Made by a program: the position numbers and the translations under genes. The notes below the pieces were generated by a model. The model made no database searches. It was not told the DNA's origin and saw nothing but the letters and a program-made list of their open reading frames with translations. Shown here piece after piece: positions 36,951 through 45,408 of a stretch of 64,000 nucleotides of DNA (position 1 is the stretch's first letter; every line of letters starts with the position of its first letter). The DNA comes from a virus. Its lineage: Duplodnaviria; Caudoviricetes. Where the stretch lies: positions 1-64,000 of the IMG/VR virus record IMGVR_UViG_3300017914_000750. One strand, 5' to 3'.

Positions 36951-38014
36951 AAAAATGTATGTTCATCTAATGCTTCATTATACAATGAAGTCATTAAATC
37001 TGTAAGGTGCTTTTTCTTTCCTTGAATTTCCATTCCCTCAACATACTTGTTGAGTATTGTTAATGTATCTTCGACATTCTCTACATCAGCGTCGTCCATT
37101 AAATCCATATGTTTATGGTCATCAACTACATTTAAATGCAATGGACTTGCATTATGAATCTTATCTAAGAATGAATCAAACCAATATGGATTGTCTTTAT
37201 TGACTACGATTACTTTTGTAAATTTTCCAGTAACATTACTATAGTCTTTATTACTAATGGTCTCAAAAGTTTCTTTTGTATCGTCATAGAATACTTTTTC
37301 AAATATAGTCAATGGATTTGGAACTGGTAACATTTCTCTAGTTTCTGTATCAAAGATATGGAAGTATTTGTTGTCTCCATAATCTGACCAAGTAAACTGC
37401 ATTTGTGAACCAAGATAAACTATATTTGCAAACTCAGACCTTTGGTGGAAATGACCACTATAAACTTTTTCATATCGTTTTACATAAGAATGGTCTAGTC
37501 CGTGTTGACATGTCATGCCTGGCATCATTAAAGCTCCTTCGAACTCAAAATGACCCATACAGATAGGTGCATTTGCAGAAGTTAAGAACTCAACTGAATC
37601 TGCATAATTTTCTGAATTAATCCATGGAACTAATGCAATGTCGAGGCCGTCGAAATTTTTTACTTCGGGTTCTGTTATTACATTAATTGCTTCGTCACCA
37701 AACAACAACAACTCGGGTGAGTTTACATCATTAGTATTCTTATAGTAAGTATCATGGTTACCTATAATTAAGTCCATGGTCATACCATTCTCTAATAATG
37801 GTTCAATGAAATGCTCTCTATTCAATTTGAGTGAAGAGAAGTTTACATATTTCCTACGGTCAAAGTAATCACCCAAGTGGAGAATATGTGTTATACCATT
37901 CTCTTTTAGATATGGGAAGAATACTTCGTTATAGAATCGTCCTTGGTATTTTGCCATTTCAAGCATATCACCTCGGACACCTGCGTGTGTGTCGTTAAGT
38001 ATTGCTATTTTCAT
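36947..38014 (-). CDS. gp47: Mre11/SbcD-like nuclease
   Basis: DTH.G, LGD.FD, GNHD, GHFH. Confidence 0.96.
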   Translation of the reverse strand: MKIAILNDTHAGVRGDMLEMAKYQGRFYNEVFFPYLKENGITHILHLGDYFDRRKYVNFSSLKLNREHFIEPLLENGMTMDLIIGNHDTYYKNTNDVNSPELLLFGDEAINVITEPEVKNFDGLDIALVPWINSENYADSVEFLTSANAPICMGHFEFEGALMMPGMTCQHGLDHSYVKRYEKVYSGHFHQRSEFANIVYLGSQMQFTWSDYGDNKYFHIFDTETREMLPVPNPLTIFEKVFYDDTKETFETISNKDYSNVTGKFTKVIVVNKDNPYWFDSFLDKIHNASPLHLNVVDDHKHMDLMDDADVENVEDTLTILNKYVEGMEIQGKKKHLTDLMTSLYNEALDEHTFL

Positions 38015-38562
38015 TCAGTAAATTTTTCTAGATTGGTTGCCTTTTTCACCTTTTTAGTTCTTTTTGATTTTCTCGGTTCATATTCAACCCGATTCATATT
38101 CTCTTGCATCCATTCTACATTTGTATTGGTAAGAGTTGGGTCGTGTTCACCGTCTATGGTTGTGTATGCGTCCATTGTAATATTAGCTTCCTCTATAGAC
38201 TTCTGTTTAATGAAGACTTGTTTCTTCTCCTTTTGTATTCTTCTGAGGAATGCATAATAGCATATCTGAGTAATATATGCAAACGCATTGTTTGATTTTT
38301 CTTGATTGAAGTTACCGATATATTGGATACAGTTTTCAATTGCATCACAAATCATTTCGTCTCGGTAAGTATAATTTATAAAGTTAGGACGAGTGGATAG
38401 TCGGGTTGCAATCTTATAGATACACTCACCGATATATTCAGTCATTCTAGGTGGGACTTCTCCCTTTGATTCTGCAAGTTTACACGCTGTGTTAAACTCG
38501 GAGACTGCTGCTGTGAACTCTTTGTTATTTACATAGTGTTCATTTTGTTTTTTCGTAGTCAT
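38011..38562 (-). CDS. gp55: Late-transcription sigma factor
   Basis: HYVNNKEF, RPNFINYTYRDEM, AFAYITQI..AF.RRI.KEK. Confidence 0.96.
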   Translation of the reverse strand: MTTKKQNEHYVNNKEFTAAVSEFNTACKLAESKGEVPPRMTEYIGECIYKIATRLSTRPNFINYTYRDEMICDAIENCIQYIGNFNQEKSNNAFAYITQICYYAFLRRIQKEKKQVFIKQKSIEEANITMDAYTTIDGEHDPTLTNTNVEWMQENMNRVEYEPRKSKRTKKVKKATNLEKFTE

Positions 38563-38568
38563 GTATAC

Positions 38569-38606
38569 ATTATACCTGAAAAACCCTGTATTGTAAGGGG
38601 GTTTTT
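38569..38606 (-). promoter_or_regulatory. Promoter of gp55, leaderless transcript
   Basis: AAAAACCCC-CTTACA-17-TATAAT-6-ATG. Confidence 0.7.
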
Positions 38607-38634
38607 AGTATTTATTTAATTTGATTTTTTTAGC

Positions 38635-38671
38635 AAAACCCTATAGACATATGGGAAATCTATGATAAAAT
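38635..38671 (+). promoter_or_regulatory. Divergent (antisense-direction) promoter
   Basis: AAAACCCTA-TAGACA-16-TAAAAT with TGn; same upstream element as the minus-strand promoters. Confidence 0.5.
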
Positions 38672-38691
38672 GAATATGTTCCCGAGGGGAA

Positions 38692-38811
38692 TTAGCTATT
38701 AAGAGATATTTCTATTCTTCTTTCGATTGCACGGGACATTCTATCCATATCTCCTACCGATATGTAGAACATACATAAGCTTATCATTCCACCCATTATA
38801 TAGTGCTTCAT
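38692..38811 (-). CDS. Small membrane peptide (39 aa)
   Basis: MKHYIMGGMISLCMFYISVGD...; ATGA coupling. Confidence 0.55.
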   Translation of the reverse strand: MKHYIMGGMISLCMFYISVGDMDRMSRAIERRIEISLNS

Positions 38812-38891
38812 ACGAGACTGAATAGGAGGACGATTCCTATCTCCCAAGGTATAAGTATTGCAGCGTAAATGAGATATTTGTTTATATTCAT
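38808..38891 (-). CDS. Small membrane peptide (27 aa)
   Basis: MNINKYLIYAAILIPWEIGIVLLFSLV; ATGA coupling at both ends. Confidence 0.55.
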   Translation of the reverse strand: MNINKYLIYAAILIPWEIGIVLLFSLV

Positions 38892-39157
38892 GAGAAGATA
38901 CTCTGATTGAGGGCCATGACTGCAAACATGAGTCCTAACATAGTAACCTGAACTAATGTGGCAATTGCGACGATATTAAGTTGACGGTCTCCCCATGGTT
39001 TTAATTCTGTTTCATACCATTCTTCAGCTTCTTCGGGGGTTGCGTCTGCTGGTTTGTTTAGATTTAATGACAATTGAGTTTCATATCCTGACATTACATC
39101 TGCAGCGTCATCAACTGCAGAAGGTAAATCTCGTTTCCAAACTGGGTCATATTTCAT
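38888..39157 (-). CDS. Small protein with a C-terminal TM helix
   Basis: MKYDPVWKR...; ATGA coupling. Confidence 0.65.
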   Translation of the reverse strand: MKYDPVWKRDLPSAVDDAADVMSGYETQLSLNLNKPADATPEEAEEWYETELKPWGDRQLNIVAIATLVQVTMLGLMFAVMALNQSIFS

Positions 39158-39258
39158 AAGTATACACTTCCTATCATATATCCACAAAGGAAAAATGCAA
39201 TTGACCAGCCTGGAAATTCTTTACAGAACTCGATTATTCTTTCGAAGTATTCAATCAT
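39154..39258 (-). CDS. Small membrane peptide (34 aa)
   Basis: MIEYFERIIEFCKEFPGWSIAFFLCGYMIGSVYL; ATGA coupling. Confidence 0.55.
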   Translation of the reverse strand: MIEYFERIIEFCKEFPGWSIAFFLCGYMIGSVYL

Positions 39259-39356
39259 ATGGAAGGACTTACCCCCATAATTGAAAGCAAAAAGATAGAA
39301 CAGAGCGTAAATAACTCTAAATGGTCTTTAAGTTGTTCTATCTTTTTTTGTGACAT
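39255..39356 (-). CDS. Small membrane peptide (33 aa)
   Basis: MSQKKIEQLKDHLELFTLCSIFLLSIMGVSPSI. Confidence 0.5.
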   Translation of the reverse strand: MSQKKIEQLKDHLELFTLCSIFLLSIMGVSPSI

Positions 39357-39380
39357 ATCTTTCTATATGCCACAACAATC

Positions 39381-39551
39381 TCAATACCCTGCTGACGCAA
39401 GGAACATGATTCCCAAGGGAAGTAATATCGGAAGAGTCAATAGTGTTAGAAATTCTATTCCTTCGATAGCCTTTGATGTAATCTCCAAGTCTCTAATGTA
39501 TTCGAGTTCAGACACCATGCTCTTCACAGCTCTTAAAACTGTTGTGGTCAT
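39381..39551 (-). CDS. Small membrane protein (56 aa)
   Basis: MTTTVLRAVK...EFLTLLTLPILLPLGIMFLASAGY; AGGA RBS. Confidence 0.6.
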   Translation of the reverse strand: MTTTVLRAVKSMVSELEYIRDLEITSKAIEGIEFLTLLTLPILLPLGIMFLASAGY

Positions 39552-39652
39552 GGTTTTTTTCCTAAATTAATTATAAACACACTGAATAATATGATATAAC
39601 TCAAAATTATTCGTTAGTATATATATGAATTGAAAGTCTAAGAAATATATTT

Positions 39653-40165
39653 CTAATGAATTTTTTTCGGGTCGGTAGGTTTTTGTGCAAAGGTAAATTC
39701 GTCTTCTAATTCCCACCCTTCTTCTTCGAGTCGTTCTAACATTCTTTCTTCTTTTTCAGTGATTGGCCCACCAGTAGATTCCATGAGTTCGTCTATCACT
39801 CTTTGAATGTATTCTCTATGAACTTTATCTCCACTCTTTGATAAAGGTATATTACCACCTTCAACCATGTTAAACCATTTTGAACTTGCTTCGTCATACA
39901 ATCCTACAAATTGATTGTTCATATTATTTCTATGTGCAATCAAATCATAAGGTATAACAACAGTTGGGTCTGAGGACAAGGGAGCGTATGGATAAAAAGT
40001 TGCAAGGGTTGTAGTTTTATCGGGAACAACTTGTAATGAACACATCATAGGTAAGGTTACCTCTACACCTTTGTCGGTGTCTCTAACCATGCCTACGATT
40101 TCTGCGCCAGTTCTAAGTTTTAGAACTTCGTATCTTTGTGGAATAAGGTCTTTAGGTGTTGTCAT
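39653..40165 (-). CDS. Conserved T4-like hypothetical protein (Sm-like N-terminus)
   Basis: VLKLRTGAEIVG; usual position downstream of uvsW. Confidence 0.7.
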   Translation of the reverse strand: MTTPKDLIPQRYEVLKLRTGAEIVGMVRDTDKGVEVTLPMMCSLQVVPDKTTTLATFYPYAPLSSDPTVVIPYDLIAHRNNMNNQFVGLYDEASSKWFNMVEGGNIPLSKSGDKVHREYIQRVIDELMESTGGPITEKEERMLERLEEEGWELEDEFTFAQKPTDPKKIH

Positions 40166-41570
40166 TTAAATCAAATTGTAAAATTTCGTAAGGAAATTTC
40201 TCCTCGTTGTAAATATTTATACGGTCTTTAAGGTGACCAAGTGTATAATTATCACATTGTAGGTCGTCTGCTATATCAAACAAACGCATTGATTCTTTAC
40301 CTTCTACCTTTCTTAAACCTCTTCCTATCGATTGTAGGTTTCTGATTCTTGATTTACTAGGACTTGCAAATACGATATTATCTATTCTTTTTATATTAAC
40401 ACCAGTAGAGAATGTTCCATAAGATGCAAGTATGGTATCGTTCTCTGCCTTCTCTACTATCTCTCTAACAGCTTCTCTGTCTTCCGTGTCTGTTCCACCA
40501 TATACATAGTGTAAGTTTTCACCCAGTCTCTTAAACATTTTCTCATGTAGAAGAACTCCATGTTTTTCGACATATTGGAATAATACGAGTGTATTTCCCG
40601 ATAAACTATACACAAGATTACAGATAAATTCGTTTCTTGCCTCATTAGAAACAAGGTAATCCATTTCTTCTTGGTATGTTAATTTCTTCTGTTTAGTATG
40701 ACGAAGTATGACACATTGTATATCTAATTTTGCAATAGTTCCTTCGTCCATGAGTTGGTATGACGATATTACTTTCTTTACAGGCCCGAATAGACCTTCT
40801 AATTGTAATCTATGACACTCTGACCCGTCTAATGTTCCTGTAGTTCCTATACGAACTGCAGTCTTTCTCATTTTCTCTAGTATACCTTTTAACACATTTG
40901 CTTTAAATAAATGTGCTTCGTCTCCTACTACTACTTCGAAACTTTCCAAGACTTCTTTAGGAGCCTTACTAAATGACTGCCATGTAGTGATTGTGATGTC
41001 CGAATCAAATACAGGCTGACCCGAATAAATCTTACAAATCTTTTCATCATATCCATACTCCTCAAAGTCTTTTGCCATTTGCTCTACCAATGAAGTAGTA
41101 GGGACAATGATAACAGTTTTCTTATTATAATACCTTGTAAGCATATATATAATCAACGACTTTCCACTTGCAGTAGGTGAAAGTAATAGTTGTCTACCAT
41201 ATTGAACTGCAGTTCTGAATGCGTCTAATTGGTAATCTCTTGGTTCAAAAGGAAGTCCTAAATGTTTAATAAAGTCCTCATCGGCTTGTCTTGTTTTTTC
41301 ACCGAGGATATCCCCTATACCTTTTATTTCATACCCTCTCTCCCTACAGAACTCGTCTACATAAGGAAGGAGACCGATATAAATCTTATTTGTTTTTATG
41401 CTGAAGAGTCTGACCTTCCCGTCCCAATACCTATTCTTTACGGAAGGCATAAACTTTGCATTTGGAACGGTGAACGAGAAGAAGTCGAAGAGGTCTCTAG
41501 CTAGACCGTCATCACATTCTACTTTCATGAAGACTTCGTCAATCTTCTTTAGGTTTATTTCAGAGGCCAT
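40152..41570 (-). CDS. uvsW: SF2 helicase UvsW
   Basis: WDGK, PTASGKS, DEAH, QSIGRGLR. Confidence 0.96.
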   Translation of the reverse strand: MASEINLKKIDEVFMKVECDDGLARDLFDFFSFTVPNAKFMPSVKNRYWDGKVRLFSIKTNKIYIGLLPYVDEFCRERGYEIKGIGDILGEKTRQADEDFIKHLGLPFEPRDYQLDAFRTAVQYGRQLLLSPTASGKSLIIYMLTRYYNKKTVIIVPTTSLVEQMAKDFEEYGYDEKICKIYSGQPVFDSDITITTWQSFSKAPKEVLESFEVVVGDEAHLFKANVLKGILEKMRKTAVRIGTTGTLDGSECHRLQLEGLFGPVKKVISSYQLMDEGTIAKLDIQCVILRHTKQKKLTYQEEMDYLVSNEARNEFICNLVYSLSGNTLVLFQYVEKHGVLLHEKMFKRLGENLHYVYGGTDTEDREAVREIVEKAENDTILASYGTFSTGVNIKRIDNIVFASPSKSRIRNLQSIGRGLRKVEGKESMRLFDIADDLQCDNYTLGHLKDRINIYNEEKFPYEILQFDLNDNT

Positions 41571-42247
41571 CCTGTATTCCATACTACCAAGGATTTTCTG
41601 ACTCCTCTTGTTACGGGTGTAACTTGGTGGTGTAACCATGAAGGGAAAACTAATAGTGAACCTAATTCCTTTCCACTAAATGGTGCAGTTTGAACTAACT
41701 TATCATAGGGTAAATTCTTTTGATTGAACTTCAAAGTATCGAATACTTCTGTTGATTCAATCCATTGAAAATGTCCACCTTCATAATCTTCGGGTGGAGA
41801 TAGTTGTATAGAAGCTGATAACTTTCTAGTCATACCACTTGGATATAAATCTGCACTAGAATCTGTATGCCATGTGTAGAAGTCTCCAGTAGGTAATTCG
41901 GGTTGGTGTTCATATATGGTATACTGCCATGTTTCCATAAACTCTAATTCATAATTCCAACCAGCTTGTTGGTTTGCAGACATCATACCGTCTTGAATTT
42001 TTTGTTTTAATTTTGGGTCAAATCTAGGGTCTGAATGGTCTAACCAACGATTGGTTGATTGTCTAATACTATTATCAATTGCACCACCATCGTCTCCACT
42101 TCTTGCTCTTTCACCGTCTGCGTCAAAATCATTATTACCAATTTTTGCTGTAATGATTTCTAAATTTTGTGCATATCCATGTATATAATCTACTTCTTGA
42201 GGTGTCAAGAAATTAGGAATTACATAACAATAAGTTTTATATAACAT
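41555..42247 (-). CDS. 2OG-Fe(II) oxygenase (PKHD/PiuC-like)
   Basis: WHTD, RKLS, YEGG, FPS...HQVTPV..G.RKSLV.W. Confidence 0.88.
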   Translation of the reverse strand: MLYKTYCYVIPNFLTPQEVDYIHGYAQNLEIITAKIGNNDFDADGERARSGDDGGAIDNSIRQSTNRWLDHSDPRFDPKLKQKIQDGMMSANQQAGWNYELEFMETWQYTIYEHQPELPTGDFYTWHTDSSADLYPSGMTRKLSASIQLSPPEDYEGGHFQWIESTEVFDTLKFNQKNLPYDKLVQTAPFSGKELGSLLVFPSWLHHQVTPVTRGVRKSLVVWNTGWPLK

Positions 42248-42690
42248 TAAGAACCCGCCATAAACTTTCTCCAATCAATTGTGTTCTTAATTGTTTGGTG
42301 TCTCCAAGTGATATTAGTCATACACTCTTTGAGAAAGTTAATCTTTATATTTGCATACTCTAAGTTTGCATTTAGTTTCTGTAAATCTGTATCTGCATTG
42401 AAGAATACTTGCATATCATTCTTCATAATTTTAAGACCGTCAAAGGGGTCGTCATTCCACCCTAGTTCTTTGATTCTTGCTTCGTCCATTTTACCATTGA
42501 ACCATAACCATTTATCTTTCAATAATGTATTATATTGAAACTGTATATTCTTTTGTTGGATAATAGCGTCTGTTAAATACTCTGAGTATTTTGCATGGAG
42601 TTTAGGGATTTCTAGGGAAGATTTATCCAGTTCGATATCGTCTATCTCACAATCGGATTTCCATTCAGCTTTCAATTCGTCAATATTCAT
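42247..42690 (-). CDS. uvsY: Recombination mediator UvsY
   Basis: W..D..ID...LD..SL.IPKLHAKY; IKN.IDW.KF..G. Confidence 0.9.
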   Translation of the reverse strand: MNIDELKAEWKSDCEIDDIELDKSSLEIPKLHAKYSEYLTDAIIQQKNIQFQYNTLLKDKWLWFNGKMDEARIKELGWNDDPFDGLKIMKNDMQVFFNADTDLQKLNANLEYANIKINFLKECMTNITWRHQTIKNTIDWRKFMAGS

Positions 42691-42718
42691 AATAATATTA
42701 TATCACAAAAGTGTGATA

Positions 42719-43258
42719 TTAACTAGTGGATTCTATATCGTAATATGTAAATCTAAATTCAACTGTTGCAATAACGGTCTCACCGTCTGCACCTGATTCT
42801 AATTCTATCCCACTCAATGAGATTGGGAATGCGTCATGGAATCTGAAGAATTTATTTGGTATGTTTTTGTTTGTATTAGTAACTAAAGTGATATCTGAAT
42901 ATTGATTCATGTCATTATCTATTGCACTTAGTGTTCCTGTTTCAGTCTTTGCAGATGCAACATAGTTTGCAAAGTCTTTAGGGTCTGATACTGGAACAAT
43001 AGAATCCATCCAATCAAATATCTCTTTAAAGTTTTGTAAATCTTCGTCTACTAGGAAGGATACAGATAAGGTTTCAAATTGTATTTTGTCGCCTGGGAAG
43101 AATGCATCTAAACCAATACCCGCTGCAAGAACTGTCTCCGTGAATGTAAGGCCAGGGATATTTACAGACTTAACAAAAAATTCCACATTTGGAACTTTGT
43201 CAATCAGTAGTCTGAAATTATTCTTACTGAGTAATGATTTGTTTATACTAGTTGTCAA
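42719..43258 (-). CDS. gp3: Tail tube terminator / tail completion protein
   Basis: PNVEFF...NIPG, FLVDEDL.N..EI..W, FP.SLS. Confidence 0.85.
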   Translation of the reverse strand: MTTSINKSLLSKNNFRLLIDKVPNVEFFVKSVNIPGLTFTETVLAAGIGLDAFFPGDKIQFETLSVSFLVDEDLQNFKEIFDWMDSIVPVSDPKDFANYVASAKTETGTLSAIDNDMNQYSDITLVTNTNKNIPNKFFRFHDAFPISLSGIELESGADGETVIATVEFRFTYYDIESTS

Positions 43259-43466
43259 GTTTTATAATCCTCTTTGTTTTGACTGTATCATGATAATCAC
43301 CGTCACGATAGTCTCTGTTTACAGTTTGTTCACATAGATAACCGTCTTGAATGTAAGTAGTGATAATCTTTCTAGACATAACATTCGTGGATTCCTCACC
43401 GTTTGAAAATGCATGATTTACAAATGGCCCTTCTAACATAGTAATATTCTTTCTGTATTCTTCCAT
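43248..43466 (-). CDS. Hypothetical late protein
   Basis: 72 aa; CATAAATA 5 nt before the ATG. Confidence 0.65.
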   Translation of the reverse strand: MEEYRKNITMLEGPFVNHAFSNGEESTNVMSRKIITTYIQDGYLCEQTVNRDYRDGDYHDTVKTKRIIKLDN

Positions 43467-43479
43467 AGTAGTATTTATG

Positions 43480-43695
43480 TTATTTCTCGTTTACAAATTC
43501 ATTAAGTTGTCTTGCAACTGAAATAACTTCTTCCGTAGACACAAACTGGTCACCATAAGGTTTTCTATCGTTTGGGAAGTTATTGTTGTGTTCAACAACT
43601 GCTTCATTGTTACGATAGATATTACCTTCCAGTAATCCTTGTGCTTGATTTAGTAGTTCGGCTCTGATTTCGAACCCTGATTTTCCGTTTGACAT
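43480..43695 (-). CDS. Conserved small T4-like protein
   Basis: MSNGKSGFEIRAELL...A..LNEFV; AGGAG RBS after a CA-rich leader. Confidence 0.75.
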   Translation of the reverse strand: MSNGKSGFEIRAELLNQAQGLLEGNIYRNNEAVVEHNNNFPNDRKPYGDQFVSTEEVISVARQLNEFVNEK

Positions 43696-43796
43696 ATTTT
43701 TCTCCTGTGTGTTTTGCATGTGTGTGTTTAAAGTAGGTCGGGGGTATCTGACATGCCAGACCCCCCTTGCCTTTCGACTATTAGTATATAGGTGTC

Positions 43797-43916
43797 TTAA
43801 GCAACCCACTTAGAACCACGGTATACACCCTTGGTCTGTGGCTTTGACTTAGTGACTTCACCGTTGTGACGAACACCACGATATACTAACTTGAGGTCAG
43901 CTTTCTTTTTAGTCAT
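43797..43916 (-). CDS. DUF4278-like peptide (39 aa, two YRG motifs)
   Basis: Hand translation MTKKKADLKLVYRGVRHNGEVTKSKPQTKGVYRGSKWVA; GGAG RBS. Confidence 0.8.
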   Translation of the reverse strand: MTKKKADLKLVYRGVRHNGEVTKSKPQTKGVYRGSKWVA

Positions 43917-43949
43917 TTCCATTCTCTCCGTTTAAAGGTTGAACAAAAA

Positions 43950-44010
43950 TGCGTTCCTTCGGCCCCATGCCTACTTCCGTTCACTGCTACATTTAGAGTG
44001 AATGAACGAT
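43950..44010 (-). ncRNA. Glutamine riboswitch (glnA / Downstream-peptide class)
   Basis: CGUUCA...UUCACU/AGUGAA stem...CGGAAGUAGG...CCGAAGGAACGC, upstream of a YRG peptide; begins 5 nt after TCTAAATA. Confidence 0.85.
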
Positions 44011-44024
44011 TGTATTATTTAGAC

Positions 44025-44053
44025 AAAAAAAAACCCCTCGAAAGAGGGGTTTT
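44025..44053 (-). terminator. Intrinsic terminator of gp23
   Basis: CCCCTCT-TTC-GAGGGG hairpin followed by T9. Confidence 0.9.
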
Positions 44054-44072
44054 AATTCGAAATTTAATTCGA

Positions 44073-45389
44073 TTACAGAATGTTGCTTACTGCAAATTTT
44101 CTGTAGTATTGGTTAGTTCCAGCACTTGCTAAACCGTCTGAAGGTGTTGAACCTACGAATGGGTTAGAAACCATACCATATCTAGTTTTGAAACCGATTT
44201 TTGGTTGGAAAGTGTTTTCGCCAACTGCTCTCACCATTTGTAGTGGAACATATGGGCAATAGAACATACCTGCGTCATAAGGATTTGAACCTCTGTAACC
44301 AACTGTTAAGTAATCAACACCAGCATATGGGTCGATGTATACTTTAACTCTTCCGTTAAGAACACCAGCAAATGTATTGCCTGTGTCATCAACATTTAAG
44401 TTAGTTGATAAAGCTGGTGCATAATCTAACACTCCAGCCATTGAAAGTGCTGATGCAACATCAGAAGAACAAAGGATAAAGTTACCTTTACCTCGTCTTG
44501 TTTCTTTTGCTATTACATTGCTTTCTCTTTCGATTTGGAACAATAATCCCTTGAATTTTTCTACAGACCATCTACCGTTTGCGTCAACATCTAAGTTAAA
44601 TGTTCCAGCAGAAGCAGTTGCTGATGCACCTGTTTTTGCTTGTAAGTTAACATTTCTTACAACTTCTCTGTTGATTTCTGCAAGGATTTCTGATGATAGA
44701 ATATTTGCAAGTTCTGATTCTGCATCAAGACCGTGGATTGCTTTGAGGTCTTGTGCTAATTCTAATGTATACTCTGCTTTTAGTGCTCTTGACTTCGCAG
44801 TAACAGTTGCCTTTTCAATTGTGAAAGACATTTCGTTGAAATGGTTACCTGAACCACTTCCGTCACCTAAAGCTTCTGCAGCTGCAGTAGACATTCCTGC
44901 TACTGTATCGCCTGCATAAGTCTCTGGGCCTGATGCGTCAAAAGGGTCACCAACTGGGTCTGAGTCTGCAGTGTTATCGATGTCGTCTGAGTTCCCTGCT
45001 GAGAATTTTGAACGAGCTTCGTTGTGTAATGCTTCAGATTGGTTTAATCTGTCAGCATTTGCATCGTCTTGATATCTTGCTTTCATAGCAAAGATAAGAC
45101 CTGTTGGGCCAGTCATTGGTTGAACACCGCAAATGTCGTATGCAACGAGATTTGGCATAGCTCTTCGAACTAGTGATATTAGGATTGGATCCCAGTTACT
45201 AATTCCAGTGCCAGTAGAGTTTAAAGGTGCAGCTTCCTCAAGAGTTGCTCTGTCTTCGTTAAGAGCTTTCTCTTGGTTTTCAAGTATAACTGCTGTGACT
45301 GCCTTCTTGTAGTTGTCCTCGATTTTTGGTAAATCGGAATGTTCTAGAATAGGCTCCCACTTCTCTTGTAAGTTTTCTGATAAAAACAT
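44073..45389 (-). CDS. gp23: Major capsid protein
   Basis: LVRRAMPNL, GVQPMTGPTG, RALKAEY, YCPYVPL, GFKTRYG. Confidence 0.98.
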   Translation of the reverse strand: MFLSENLQEKWEPILEHSDLPKIEDNYKKAVTAVILENQEKALNEDRATLEEAAPLNSTGTGISNWDPILISLVRRAMPNLVAYDICGVQPMTGPTGLIFAMKARYQDDANADRLNQSEALHNEARSKFSAGNSDDIDNTADSDPVGDPFDASGPETYAGDTVAGMSTAAAEALGDGSGSGNHFNEMSFTIEKATVTAKSRALKAEYTLELAQDLKAIHGLDAESELANILSSEILAEINREVVRNVNLQAKTGASATASAGTFNLDVDANGRWSVEKFKGLLFQIERESNVIAKETRRGKGNFILCSSDVASALSMAGVLDYAPALSTNLNVDDTGNTFAGVLNGRVKVYIDPYAGVDYLTVGYRGSNPYDAGMFYCPYVPLQMVRAVGENTFQPKIGFKTRYGMVSNPFVGSTPSDGLASAGTNQYYRKFAVSNIL

Positions 45390-45408
45390 GAGTTTAGTTT
45401 CCTTTAAA

